Positions 8,620 through 19,934 of a stretch of DNA of 51,200 nt are shown here, in pieces. The notes beneath the pieces are model-generated. The model ran no database searches. It worked only from the letters and a program-made list of their open reading frames with translations, and was not told where the DNA came from. The stretch lies in contig CAXBQP010000018.1 of NCBI GenBank assembly GCA_963978095.1, positions 1 to 51,200 of the forward strand, in the 5' to 3' direction. How positions within the stretch are numbered: the stretch's first letter is position 1; each line of letters starts with the position of its first letter. The stretch is from an uncultured bacterium. Its GTDB lineage: Bacteria; Gemmatimonadota; Gemmatimonadetes; Gemmatimonadales; Gemmatimonadaceae. The translations under genes were made by a program, and so were the position numbers.

Positions 8620-9771
8620 CTACGGCTTCTTGATCGCGCCGCTGAACCAGATCCCGTTCTGCGCTTCGGAGCGTGCGGCGGCGATATCCGGCCAACCGTC
8701 GCCGTCGAGATCGCCGATGGCGACGCCGTAGACCGAGCCCTTCCCGTCGCCCCAGGGCATCGTCGTGAACGTCGGCGTCTTGCCCCCCTGATTGAAGAAG
8801 ACCAGCCCCGGCGCTTCCTGATTGCCCACGACGATGTCGCGGAGGCTGTCCCTGTTCATGTCGGCGATCGCGATGGAGTACGGCGCACTGCCGCGCGGGC
8901 CGAGCGGGATCGCGGGACCGAAGGTACGCTTGCCCTCGCCGTAGTAGATGAAGAGTCCGGCCTTCTCGTCGCCGACGACGAGATCGAGTATTCCGTCGCC
9001 ATTCACATCGCCGGCAGCGGCGGCACGCGCGTTGGAGACGGCGCCGCCGAACGTGACGGGCGGTGCGGTGAAGTGGCCGGATCCGTCATTCCAGAAGATC
9101 AGGCTCTGTCCGCCATCGCGATGCGGGACGAAGAGATCGATCTTGCCGTCGCCGTCGAGATCCGCGGCCACGATGATGGTGGCCGACTGCGTGGCCAGTG
9201 GCTCACAGCGGGGGAAGCCACCCTTGCCATCGTTCAGGCACACGAAACTCGGCTTCGGTGCGCTCGGGTTCGAGCTGCGGTTGGCGACGATCAGGTCGGG
9301 GCGCTTGTCGCCGTTGAGATCCGCGACCGTCACATAGCGCGTCGACCACTCCGGCTCGCCGAAGGTGCCGATGACGGTGAAATGGCCCTTGCCGTCGTTC
9401 TTGTAGACGAGCTTCTTGTCCGGCCGGTCGTTGCTCACGACGATGTCGAGCGCGCCATCGCCGTCGAGGTCGGCGAGCGCGGCCGAATAGGTGCGGTCCG
9501 GCGCGTCGGCGAGACGCTCGGTGGTGAAGTTGCCGTGCCCGTCGTTGCGGAGGATCAGATCGTTGAGCGGCCAGTGGCGCCCTTTGGCCAGTACCACATC
9601 CAGGGTGCCATTTCCGTCGATATCGCCGAGGCTCACCGAGGCCGAGGTCTCGGCGACGGACTCCAGGAGGAGCACGCGCTCGTAGCTGCGCGGTTCGGCG
9701 GGGGACGGCGCGGTCAGCGGAAGCGCGGTCGCCGCGAGCAGCGCGGAGACCAGCCGGCGGGGGATTGTCAT
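8620..9771 (-). CDS. FG-GAP/VCBS repeat secreted protein (7-bladed propeller)
   Basis: Seven DxDGDG-type repeats (DIDGNG, DLDGDG, DLNGDK, DLDGDG, DVNGDG, DMNRDS, DLDGDG); signal peptide. Confidence 0.9.
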   Translation of the reverse strand: MTIPRRLVSALLAATALPLTAPSPAEPRSYERVLLLESVAETSASVSLGDIDGNGTLDVVLAKGRHWPLNDLILRNDGHGNFTTERLADAPDRTYSAALADLDGDGALDIVVSNDRPDKKLVYKNDGKGHFTVIGTFGEPEWSTRYVTVADLNGDKRPDLIVANRSSNPSAPKPSFVCLNDGKGGFPRCEPLATQSATIIVAADLDGDGKIDLFVPHRDGGQSLIFWNDGSGHFTAPPVTFGGAVSNARAAAAGDVNGDGILDLVVGDEKAGLFIYYGEGKRTFGPAIPLGPRGSAPYSIAIADMNRDSLRDIVVGNQEAPGLVFFNQGGKTPTFTTMPWGDGKGSVYGVAIGDLDGDGWPDIAAARSEAQNGIWFSGAIKKP

Positions 9772-9865
9772 GGGCACAAGATATGCCGAACGTCCCTGCG
9801 CCCCAAGCCGTATTTTAACGGAAGCCCGTTCCCGGGTCCCCCGTCGCTCCTACACGAGGTCTTTC

Positions 9866-12800
9866 ATGCGTTCGTCCCCCCAGTTTCGGCGCCGCCGCAC
9901 GCTGGCCGCGCTGCTCCTCCGTTCGATGCCCGCCTTGGTACCCGGCCTGCTTCCGGCACAGGCCCGTTCGGTGAGCACGCAGCGGCCCACGGTTGCCGCC
10001 GCCGACACCACGTTGTGGGCCAACCTGTCGTGGCGCCTCCTGGGCCCTGCGCACACCGGACGCATGACCTCGGTGGTCGGCTCGGCGCAGCGCCCGGCGG
10101 AGTATTATGTGGGCACCACCGGCGGCGGCGTGTGGAAGACCGCCGACAGCGGCAAGACCTGGCACCCGATGACCGACAAGTACTTCGGCGGGACGATCGG
10201 TGCGCTGGACCTCTTCAAGCCGAACCCCGACGTGGTGTGGGCCGGTGGTGGCGAAACGGCGATTCGCGGCAACGTCTCGCACGGCGACGGCGTCTGGAAG
10301 ACCACTGACGCGGGCAAGACCTGGAGCTTCATGGGACTTGGCGCGACGCAGTACATCTCGCGCATCGTGACGCACCCGACCGATCCGAACATCGTGTATG
10401 TCGGTGCGCTCGGCCATGTGTTCGGTCCGAACAAGGAACGCGGCGTGTACCGCACGAAGGACGGCGGCAAGAGTTGGCAGCAGATCCTCTTCAAGAATGA
10501 CTCGACGGGCATCGCGGATCTCGTGATGGATCCGTCGAATCCGAATGTGCTGTACGCCGGTTTTTGGCAGGCGGGGCGGACCCCGTGGATGCTGGTGAGC
10601 GGCGGCGCCGGTGGTTCCATGTACAAGACCACCGATGGCGGCGACCACTGGACGGAACTGACGCGGAACCCGGGGCTCCCCAAGGGACTCTGGGGGAACA
10701 TCGGCATCACGGTGTCGCCCGCGAAGCCGAACCGCGTCTGGGCGATCATCGAAGCCGACTCCGGCGGTGTGTTCCGTTCCGATGATGCCGGTGCCACGTG
10801 GCAGTATCTCAATGCCGACCGCAATCTCCGGCAGCGCGCGTGGTACTACACCAAGGTCTTCGCGGATCCTCAGGACTCGAACACCGTGTATGCCGGCAAC
10901 GTGGGCGGCTACATCTCCAAGGACGGTGGCAAGACCTTCCGGAGCGGACTCGGCAACGGCGACACGCACTACTATTGGATCGACCCCACCAACCCGAAGC
11001 GTATCGCGGTTGCCGGTGATCCGGGGATCGTGCTCAGCTACGACGGTGGCACATCGCAGGTGCGGAGCAACCTGCCGACGGGGCAGTACTACCATGTGCA
11101 TCTGACGAATGCCGCGCCGTACGACGTGTGCGGCGCCGAGCAGGATGGCGGCGTGGATTGCTTTCCGATCCGCGTGGCCGGTGCCGGTGGCCGCGGTGGT
11201 CGTGGCGGCCCCGGTGGTCCGGGCGGTGGACGTGGTGGCCCGGCCGCGCCCGCGGGGCCTGCGTCGCAGTGGGATTTCACGCCGCGGTACGGTGGGGCGG
11301 GGGGCGAGTCCGGCTATGTGGCGAGCGACCCCAACGATCCCGACGTGACCTTCGGCGGCAACTACAGCGGCGTGCTCGACATGCAGAACCGTCGCACCGG
11401 CGTGTCGATGCGTCTCGACCCGTGGCCCCTGAACCCCATGGGACACGACGCCAAGGATTCCAAGTATCGCTTCCAGTGGACCTTCCCGATCATGAACTCG
11501 CCGAACGACGCGAAGGTGCTGTACGCCGGCGCCAACGTGCTCTTCCGCTCGTCGGATCTGGGACAGACGTGGAAGATCGTATCGCCGGATCTCACGCGGA
11601 ACGATCCCAGCACCCTCGGCGCGTCAGGTGGCCCGCTCACCAAGGACCAGACGAGCGTCGAGTACTACGGGACGATCTTCGCGGTGGCCGAATCGCCGGT
11701 GACCAAAGGACTCGTGTGGAGCGGCTCGGACGATGGGTTGATCCATGTGTCGCGCGATGTGGGCAAGGGCGCGGCGATGCCGGCGTGGAAGAATGTCACG
11801 CCCAAGGATCTTCCCAAGTGGACGCGGATCTCGATCGTGGAACCGTCGCGGTACAACGCGGGGACGATGTACTTCGCCGCGAACCGCTACGAGATGGATG
11901 ACTTCGCGCCGTATCTGTACAAGACCACCGATTACGGCGTGACCTGGAAGAAGATCGTGACCGGGATCCCCGGCAACGAGTTCACGCGGGCGATCCGCGA
12001 AGACCTCGTGCGCCCCGGGATGCTGTACGCCGCCACGGAGCGCAGCATGTACGTGAGCTACGACGCCGGCGAGCACTGGCAGAGCTTGAAGCGCAATCTG
12101 CCGCCGGTGGCCGTCCACGACATCGCGTTGCGCGACGACGACATCGTGATCGCCACCATGGGCCGCGGCTTCTACGCCATGGAAGGGATCGCGGCGCTGC
12201 GTCAGGCCGACAAGGTGAACACGGCGGCCGGCGCGTTCTTGTATGCGCCGAGTGCGACGCCACAGAGTGAGGGGGCGGTCAAGGTGCAGTACTGGCTCAA
12301 GGCGGGGACGGCACCGGTGACGCTCGAGCTCGTGGATGCGAAGGGCTTTGTCGTGTCGAAGGCGTCGAGCACCGACACTGCGGCGACCGCGGCCGGTGGC
12401 CGTGGCGGGCGTGGGGGCGGAGGAGGTGGCCGCGGCGGATTTGGGGGTGCGCCCACGGCCAAGGTCACGACCGACGCCGGGCTCAACAGCTACAGCCTCA
12501 GCTTGCGCTACCCTGATGGCGTGAACTTCCGGAACGCCATCTACTGGGCCGGCAACGGGCTCAACGGTCCGATGGGGCCTCCGGGGACCTACACCGTGCG
12601 GTTCACGGCGGGCGGCAACCCCGTCCAGACCGCGACCGTGAAGGTCGTGCCGCCACCGCGCTCGACGGCAACGGAAGCCGACTTGGTGGAGAAGTTCAAG
12701 TTGCTCACCCGGATCCGCGACACGGTGTCCGCGGCCAACAACGCCGTGCGTACCGTGCGCAACGTGCGCTACCAGGTGGACAGCCTCCGCAAGGTGCTCA

Positions 12801-13186
12801 CGGGTGAACAGAAGGCGGCGTTCGAGAAGGAAGCGAACATCCTGATCGACAGCACCCGGAAGGTGGAGGAAGTGCTGTACCAGACCAAGAACGAAGCGGG
12901 GCAGGATCCGCTCAATTTCCCGATCCGGCTCAACAACCAGATCGGGGCGCTGTCCGGCTTCCTGCAGAATGCGGACCGTCGTCCGCCGCCGCAGGCCTAC
13001 GAGGTGTGGAACACCTTGGCGCCGCAGCTCAACACGGAGTTGATCCGTCTCAAGAAGCAGATCGCGCTATTGCTGCCACGCGTGAATGCCACGCTGAAGG
13101 CCGCCGGGAAGGGGCCGATCGTGCCGAGCACGGACGAGCTCGGCCAGGCACCCCGTCAGGGACCGCAGGCGACCTTCATTCCCTGA
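9866..13186 (+). CDS. Large BNR/Asp-box (VPS10/sortilin-like) secreted glycosyl-hydrolase-like protein
   Basis: Many [ST]xDGGxxW boxes; GRMTSV, RGNVSHGDGVWKT, RQRAWYY, YRFQWTFPI and ATMGRGFY; helical C-terminus; GAGG SD before ATG 9866. Confidence 0.88.
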   Translation: MRSSPQFRRRRTLAALLLRSMPALVPGLLPAQARSVSTQRPTVAAADTTLWANLSWRLLGPAHTGRMTSVVGSAQRPAEYYVGTTGGGVWKTADSGKTWHPMTDKYFGGTIGALDLFKPNPDVVWAGGGETAIRGNVSHGDGVWKTTDAGKTWSFMGLGATQYISRIVTHPTDPNIVYVGALGHVFGPNKERGVYRTKDGGKSWQQILFKNDSTGIADLVMDPSNPNVLYAGFWQAGRTPWMLVSGGAGGSMYKTTDGGDHWTELTRNPGLPKGLWGNIGITVSPAKPNRVWAIIEADSGGVFRSDDAGATWQYLNADRNLRQRAWYYTKVFADPQDSNTVYAGNVGGYISKDGGKTFRSGLGNGDTHYYWIDPTNPKRIAVAGDPGIVLSYDGGTSQVRSNLPTGQYYHVHLTNAAPYDVCGAEQDGGVDCFPIRVAGAGGRGGRGGPGGPGGGRGGPAAPAGPASQWDFTPRYGGAGGESGYVASDPNDPDVTFGGNYSGVLDMQNRRTGVSMRLDPWPLNPMGHDAKDSKYRFQWTFPIMNSPNDAKVLYAGANVLFRSSDLGQTWKIVSPDLTRNDPSTLGASGGPLTKDQTSVEYYGTIFAVAESPVTKGLVWSGSDDGLIHVSRDVGKGAAMPAWKNVTPKDLPKWTRISIVEPSRYNAGTMYFAANRYEMDDFAPYLYKTTDYGVTWKKIVTGIPGNEFTRAIREDLVRPGMLYAATERSMYVSYDAGEHWQSLKRNLPPVAVHDIALRDDDIVIATMGRGFYAMEGIAALRQADKVNTAAGAFLYAPSATPQSEGAVKVQYWLKAGTAPVTLELVDAKGFVVSKASSTDTAATAAGGRGGRGGGGGGRGGFGGAPTAKVTTDAGLNSYSLSLRYPDGVNFRNAIYWAGNGLNGPMGPPGTYTVRFTAGGNPVQTATVKVVPPPRSTATEADLVEKFKLLTRIRDTVSAANNAVRTVRNVRYQVDSLRKVLTGEQKAAFEKEANILIDSTRKVEEVLYQTKNEAGQDPLNFPIRLNNQIGALSGFLQNADRRPPPQAYEVWNTLAPQLNTELIRLKKQIALLLPRVNATLKAAGKGPIVPSTDELGQAPRQGPQATFIP

Positions 13187-13206
13187 GTCGCGATTCCCGC
13201 GGGACG

Positions 13207-13244
13207 GCACGCCCGGCACCGCGATGGCGCGGTGCCGGGCGTGC
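13207..13244 (+). terminator. Strong hairpin downstream of the BNR gene (terminator or mRNA stabiliser)
   Basis: Perfect 17-bp inverted repeat GCACGCCCGGCACCGCG/CGCGGTGCCGGGCGTGC with ATGG loop; weak T tail. Confidence 0.65.
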
Positions 13245-13285
13245 TGCGTTCCGGGAAACCGAATGTCCGCCTCGTCTGTTTATAA

Positions 13286-15562
<2,277 letters not shown>

Positions 15563-15570
15563 TGCGCGGT

Positions 15571-15607
15571 GGGACCGCTCAGGCCGGCGCGTCCGGCCTG
15601 AGGTCCC
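15571..15607. terminator. Hairpin between convergent katG and DUF4153-like genes
   Basis: GGGAC-(CG bulge)-CTCAGGCCGG / CCGGCCTGAG-GTCCC stem. Confidence 0.6.
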
Positions 15608-16924
15608 TCACACGACCCACGGCAGCAGCACCACCACGCAGGCACCCCACGCCGCGAACGCCACGCTGGCCTCGCTGAAGCTGGCGTGGAGCGACGCGAC
15701 CCAGCCCTCGTGGCCGCGCCGACGCTGCCGATCGAGCAATCCCCCCAGTACACCGATGTGGATCACGTTCCAGCCGATCACCGTGAGGCGGTTGATCGTC
15801 AGGCGATCGTGCGCGGTCCGGTAGAGGACCGCCGCGAGCGCGTAGAGGGCGACGATCAGCATCAGCGTCGCGATCGCGACGATGCCACGTTGGAGCCAGC
15901 GTTGGTGGTCGGACGACAGATCGTCGGCATGCATCGGGGTCGCGCCGATCAGGAGTGCCGTGACGGCAAAGAGCATCGCGTTGTAGGTGAGCAACGAGGT
16001 GCGGTCGAGGAACGGTTGCATGACGTGCGCCGGAATCAGCGCGACGTACACCGCGAGCACCACGAGTGTCGGCACCACGAGGAGCCGCGGGAGCGTGGTC
16101 ACCATCTTGCTCAGGCCGCGGCGGAAGTCCTGCGCGGAGGGCGCGAGCCGTGGGTCGTAGACGCTGGCGACCGCCACCATCGGCATGAGCCCAGCGCCGC
16201 CGACGATCAGCAGGCGAACAACGGTCTCGCTGAGGGTGATGCCGAGTGTCTTGAACAAGCCGGTCGTGATGGCGCCGAAGGCGAGTGCTGCACCGGCGTA
16301 GAGGCCCGTCACGACCACGACCTCGATCGACTTGGCGAGAAAGGCGAAGCGATCGCGGGCGGTGGCCGCCGCACCCATCAGACAGAGCCCCACCACCGCC
16401 CACGCGAGCAAGGGCAGGTGGCCGGCCGCCAGCAGTCGGTAGTCGGCGTCGCCCACGGCGCGTGAGAACGCGACGCCGGTGATGACCGCCAACGCCGCCG
16501 CAAGGGCCAGCGCACGAGGCGCCGAGTGTTCCTTCAGTGTACGCCGTGCGGTGGTGATGAACCCGAGCGCGACGAGCGCAATCACCGGCGTGAGCAACAG
16601 CTGCAGATACAGCTCGGTGTGCCCCGATGCGTCACGGAAGACAAACTGCGGCCCCGACAGCAGCCAGAGCACGAGACTCGTGATCAGGCTGAAGGGGAGT
16701 ACCGAACGCCAGTTCACGCGGGATCGGTCGTCGGCGACATCGGAGCCGTCGGCGAGGCGAAGGTGCCACGCCTCCAGCAAGACATTCCCCGGCGTGGCCG
16801 CATATGCCGCCGCGATGTCCCCCCGGAATTCGGAAGTGCCCTGCTCTCGCTCCGCGGCGCGGAACAACGATTCCAGCGCCTGCGGCGTGCTCTGGCTTGC
16901 GCGCACTTGTTCGAGGTATTTCAC
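15608..16924 (-). CDS. Polytopic membrane protein, DUF4153-like
   Basis: About 11 hydrophobic segments; PQALESLFR..WHLRL N-terminus, PFLDRTSLLTYNAML and LTINRLTVIGWN; GGGAGA SD before GTG 16924. Confidence 0.7.
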   Translation of the reverse strand: MKYLEQVRASQSTPQALESLFRAAEREQGTSEFRGDIAAAYAATPGNVLLEAWHLRLADGSDVADDRSRVNWRSVLPFSLITSLVLWLLSGPQFVFRDASGHTELYLQLLLTPVIALVALGFITTARRTLKEHSAPRALALAAALAVITGVAFSRAVGDADYRLLAAGHLPLLAWAVVGLCLMGAAATARDRFAFLAKSIEVVVVTGLYAGAALAFGAITTGLFKTLGITLSETVVRLLIVGGAGLMPMVAVASVYDPRLAPSAQDFRRGLSKMVTTLPRLLVVPTLVVLAVYVALIPAHVMQPFLDRTSLLTYNAMLFAVTALLIGATPMHADDLSSDHQRWLQRGIVAIATLMLIVALYALAAVLYRTAHDRLTINRLTVIGWNVIHIGVLGGLLDRQRRRGHEGWVASLHASFSEASVAFAAWGACVVVLLPWVV

Positions 16925-17008
16925 GGCATCTCCCAAAGGTCGTGATATTTCGGTCCTGACGAAACATAGGGACTGGCGCCCGTTCCGCGCGCCGACAATC
17001 GTTCTGTC

Positions 17009-17242
17009 ATGCCCTCACCCGCCCAGCCCAACAACCCGTTGCACGGCATCACCCTCGAGATGATTCTCCATCAGCTCGTGGCCGAACTGGGATGGGCCGC
17101 GATGGGGCGACGCGTCAAGATCGACTGTTTCAACTCCGATCCCAGTGTGTCCTCGAGCCTCAAGTTCCTGCGGAAGACGCCGTGGGCACGCGCCAAGGTG
17201 GAGGACCTGTACCTCGACCTCGTGAGCACACGCCCCCGATGA
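17009..17242 (+). CDS. VF530 (DUF2132) small DNA-binding protein
   Basis: [11 protein letters not shown]...GW......[30 protein letters not shown] family signature. Confidence 0.93.
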   Translation: MPSPAQPNNPLHGITLEMILHQLVAELGWAAMGRRVKIDCFNSDPSVSSSLKFLRKTPWARAKVEDLYLDLVSTRPR

Positions 17243-17679
17243 GTCCAGAACCGATCGACCTCCTGGCCGGCATCGAAGACCATGCCGGGATTTATACCCT
17301 CCGAGCCGGCGACATCACCCGCGGGTGGAATGGCATCCGGTATCGCACCGGACTCTCGGGGCGGAACACCAGTGCGGCCAAACTGTCCATGAACGTGGCC
17401 ACCGTCCCGCCCGGGGCCGTGGCCTACGCGCACATCCATGTGGACTTCGAGGTGATGCTGTACATCCTCTCTGGGCGCGTCCGCCACGAGTTCGGGCCGA
17501 ACCTCGAGCAGTCACTGGAGAACGGACCGGGCGACATGATCTTCATCGAGCCCGGGGTACCGCATGAGGTGCTGAACCTGAGCGATACCGAACCCGTGGT
17601 CGCGGTCGTGGCGCGCTCGGATGCGTCGGAGTGGGAGCATATCGTGGACGTGCCGAGTCGGCGGCGGCCGCCGGGGTAG
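17239..17679 (+). CDS. RmlC-like cupin domain protein
   Basis: AHIH...E..LYILSG and [14 protein letters not shown] cupin motifs; ATGA overlap with the VF530 gene. Confidence 0.88.
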   Translation: MSPEPIDLLAGIEDHAGIYTLRAGDITRGWNGIRYRTGLSGRNTSAAKLSMNVATVPPGAVAYAHIHVDFEVMLYILSGRVRHEFGPNLEQSLENGPGDMIFIEPGVPHEVLNLSDTEPVVAVVARSDASEWEHIVDVPSRRRPPG

Positions 17680-17707
17680 GCGCGCACCGCACGCAGAAGC
17701 TGCGCCG

Positions 17708-18979
17708 CTACTTGGCGCCGAGCCAGGCGAGCATCTGCTTGGACGATTGGTACTCGCTGACCCGCTTCACTTCGGTGCCGTCGGCATTCATGACCATCAT
17801 CGTCGGGTAGCCCGTGATCTTCAGGCGCTTGACCAGCTCCTTCTGGAGATCGGCGTCCACCTTGATCGCCACGAAGCCGCGTGTGATCAGCGGCGCCAAC
17901 TCGGCGTCGTTCCAGACCCACTGATCCATGGTGTGGCAGGGGCCGCACCAGGTTGCTTCGAAGTCGATCAGCACCTGCTTGCCGGCGGCCTTCGCCTCGG
18001 CGAGTGCGGCCGGGAGCTCCTTGCCCCAGGTGACCGGGGTCTCCGTGCGTGGGCGCGGGCGTTCGTCGCGCACGAGGTCGTCCGGCGCGCGGTCGACCGC
18101 CTTGGTGATGTTGCGTTTGACGACCACGAACTGCACGCGGGAGCCGTCTTCGGCGAACGACCGGAACTCGACCGGAATGTCCTTGCCGTCCTTGCCGGTG
18201 AGGAACATGAGCCGGTTCGTCGGCCGCGCTTCGCTGAGCGAGAGGACGTTCTTCTGGGCGTCCGGCGCGTCGGCGTTGAGCATGGCCCACATGTCGGCCT
18301 TGTCGAAGATGGCGTTGTTGTCGTCCATGGCGGCGACGAGCGCCGTGACGCCATTGACGGTGACCGTGCCCGTGCGCCAGGAGGCGGTGGAGAAACGGAG
18401 CACATCGACGGCGGCGGCGGAATCTTCGCGCACCGACCAGAAGTTGACGAGATACGGTTCGGCGGTCGGCCGCTTGGTGTAGCGTGCGGAGACCTCGACC
18501 GTGTTGATGGAGCTCCACCACGCCTTGGTCTTGGCGTTCTGCGCGGGAGTGGTGGTGAGCGGCGCGCCGTCGTCGGTGAAGTCGCCGTTGTGGTTGCGAT
18601 CGATCCAGAGCTGGACGAGATCACGCGGGAAGTCCGCGCTGGCCGTCAGGAGGAGTGGGGTGTAGCCGCTGGGGTCGGTGCCCAACTGCATGGTGCCGAC
18701 CTTGGCGGGGAGCACCGCTCCAGGGGGGAGTCGGAGGGTCGACGGGGCCGGGGTGAGCGGAACTTGCTGCCCTTTGGGGGAGAAGTTCGGCTTTGGCTTG
18801 CCCTCGACCGGGGCGGCGTAGGTGAGCGTGGCCGAGCGGGTGGGCGCGCCGGTCTGGGCGGGCGCGGTGGTCGCCGTTGCGGCGGCGATTGCGGCGGCGA
18901 TTGCGGCGGCGAGCACGGTGGCTACCGCGATGCGCTGGGCGATGGGGCGATTGCTGCGGGTTGGGTGGGTGAGCGTCAT
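17708..18979 (-). CDS. Exported protein with C-terminal thioredoxin domain (WCGPC)
   Basis: Signal peptide; VLIDFEATWCGPCHTM and cis-Pro GYPT; unassigned N-terminal domain containing DRNHNGDFTDD. Confidence 0.85.
   Translation of the reverse strand: MTLTHPTRSNRPIAQRIAVATVLAAAIAAAIAAATATTAPAQTGAPTRSATLTYAAPVEGKPKPNFSPKGQQVPLTPAPSTLRLPPGAVLPAKVGTMQLGTDPSGYTPLLLTASADFPRDLVQLWIDRNHNGDFTDDGAPLTTTPAQNAKTKAWWSSINTVEVSARYTKRPTAEPYLVNFWSVREDSAAAVDVLRFSTASWRTGTVTVNGVTALVAAMDDNNAIFDKADMWAMLNADAPDAQKNVLSLSEARPTNRLMFLTGKDGKDIPVEFRSFAEDGSRVQFVVVKRNITKAVDRAPDDLVRDERPRPRTETPVTWGKELPAALAEAKAAGKQVLIDFEATWCGPCHTMDQWVWNDAELAPLITRGFVAIKVDADLQKELVKRLKITGYPTMMVMNADGTEVKRVSEYQSSKQMLAWLGAK
18877..18912. repeat. 12-bp tandem repeat x3 (TTGCGGCGGCGA) in signal-peptide coding region
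   Basis: Three exact copies; they encode the AAAI repeats on the - strand. Confidence 0.9.
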
Positions 18980-19230
18980 CAGGAGGGCCGCCTCTGAAAG
19001 AAACAAATGTTTACTATGTGTTGGTAAGTTGTTTCTGTGTAGTTATTTGCAGATTATGATTCAGAGATCCACAATATCGTGAGCAATGCCTGAAACCGTC
19101 GGCGCGAATCCGGGCGATCTGATCGCTCAGCCCGACGTTGGTGTCGAGATACTGTTGCCAACGATTCGAGACGGGTCGATATGGAACGACAGCGGCGGAA
19201 GCCCTCGGTCCTTGGGTGGGGGCAATAGGT

Positions 19231-19258
19231 AGTGTACCCGCGGGTCGCGAGGCGTCAA
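19231..19258 (-). promoter_or_regulatory. Sigma70-type promoter TTGACG-N16-TACACT facing the thioredoxin-domain gene
   Basis: Near-consensus -35 (19258-19253) and -10 (19236-19231) on the - strand. Confidence 0.6.
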
Positions 19259-19340
19259 GCGGCTTCCGCCCCAGAGGCGTGCGGCGGCGTGCGGCGGAGA
19301 CCGGCGTACCCCGGTGCCTCCGGCGCGTGTACTATTCGGT

Positions 19341-19805
19341 ATGCTCCGCGCCCGTCGCATGCCCATCCTCCGCCGTCTGATCGCGGCGGTCATGGCGCCC
19401 TGGCTCGCCCTGTTGTTCGCGATGCCGGAAGCCGCGCATGCCTGTGCCATGCATGGCGGGCTGGGGCACGCCGTGGGACATGTCGCAGCGACGGACCCGT
19501 CCGCGGGAACGCATCACGCGATGTCGCACGCCATGTCGCACGCCATGTCGCACGCCATGGCCACGCCCGAGCTCTCACGGACGCCTGCGCCGACACCCGC
19601 GTCGCCCTCGAACGCCACGCGCTGCACCTGTCCTGACGGATGCTGCACCGTGGTGGTCGCAGACGCGGAGGTCCCCACCTCCTTGAGTTGGGTGCGCGCG
19701 TTGCCCGCGCATCGCGAACCGGCCGCTCCGCGCGCGCTGGTGTCGGTGGCGCTCTCCACCGACGTCCGACTTCCCTTCGCCAACGGACCTCCGTCGCCGG
19801 GCTGA
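19341..19805 (+). CDS. His/Met/Cys-rich exported leader protein (DUF2946/CruR-like), ends ..LPFANGPPSPG
   Basis: Signal/TM N-terminus, CAMH, (MSHA)3, CTCPDGCC cluster, Pro-rich tail; TACTAT box 5 nt before the ATG; lies directly upstream of a TonB-dependent receptor. Confidence 0.72.
   Translation: MLRARRMPILRRLIAAVMAPWLALLFAMPEAAHACAMHGGLGHAVGHVAATDPSAGTHHAMSHAMSHAMSHAMATPELSRTPAPTPASPSNATRCTCPDGCCTVVVADAEVPTSLSWVRALPAHREPAAPRALVSVALSTDVRLPFANGPPSPG
19521..19556 (+). repeat. 12-bp tandem repeat x3 (ATGTCGCACGCC) encoding MSHA
   Basis: Three exact in-frame copies. Confidence 0.9.
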
Positions 19806-19934
19806 TGGGTCGTGCCGTCGCTGCGTCGAATGTCGCAGCGGTCGCGTGCATGGCCCCAATGATCCGACGCACTCCACCCATCGAACTCGCGATGGTCGTT
19901 GGAGTCGTTGCGCCCACGCCTGCGACCCTCCGTC

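Noticed and set aside
16940..16975. CTGACGA followed by AAC, resembling a hammerhead ribozyme core
   Set aside because: No stem II between CUGAnGA and GAAA and no compatible stems I/III; better explained as a promoter region.
19090..19340. Cobalamin or other known riboswitch upstream of the TonB-dependent receptor
   Set aside because: No B12-box or GGGAA..GCCCCCGCAACTGT-type core, and no TPP/FMN/SAM consensus recognisable.
18877..19556. Short tandem repeats as a CRISPR array or phase-variation tract
   Set aside because: The 12-bp units are contiguous, in frame and lack spacers; no cas genes are present. They only alter low-complexity peptide length.
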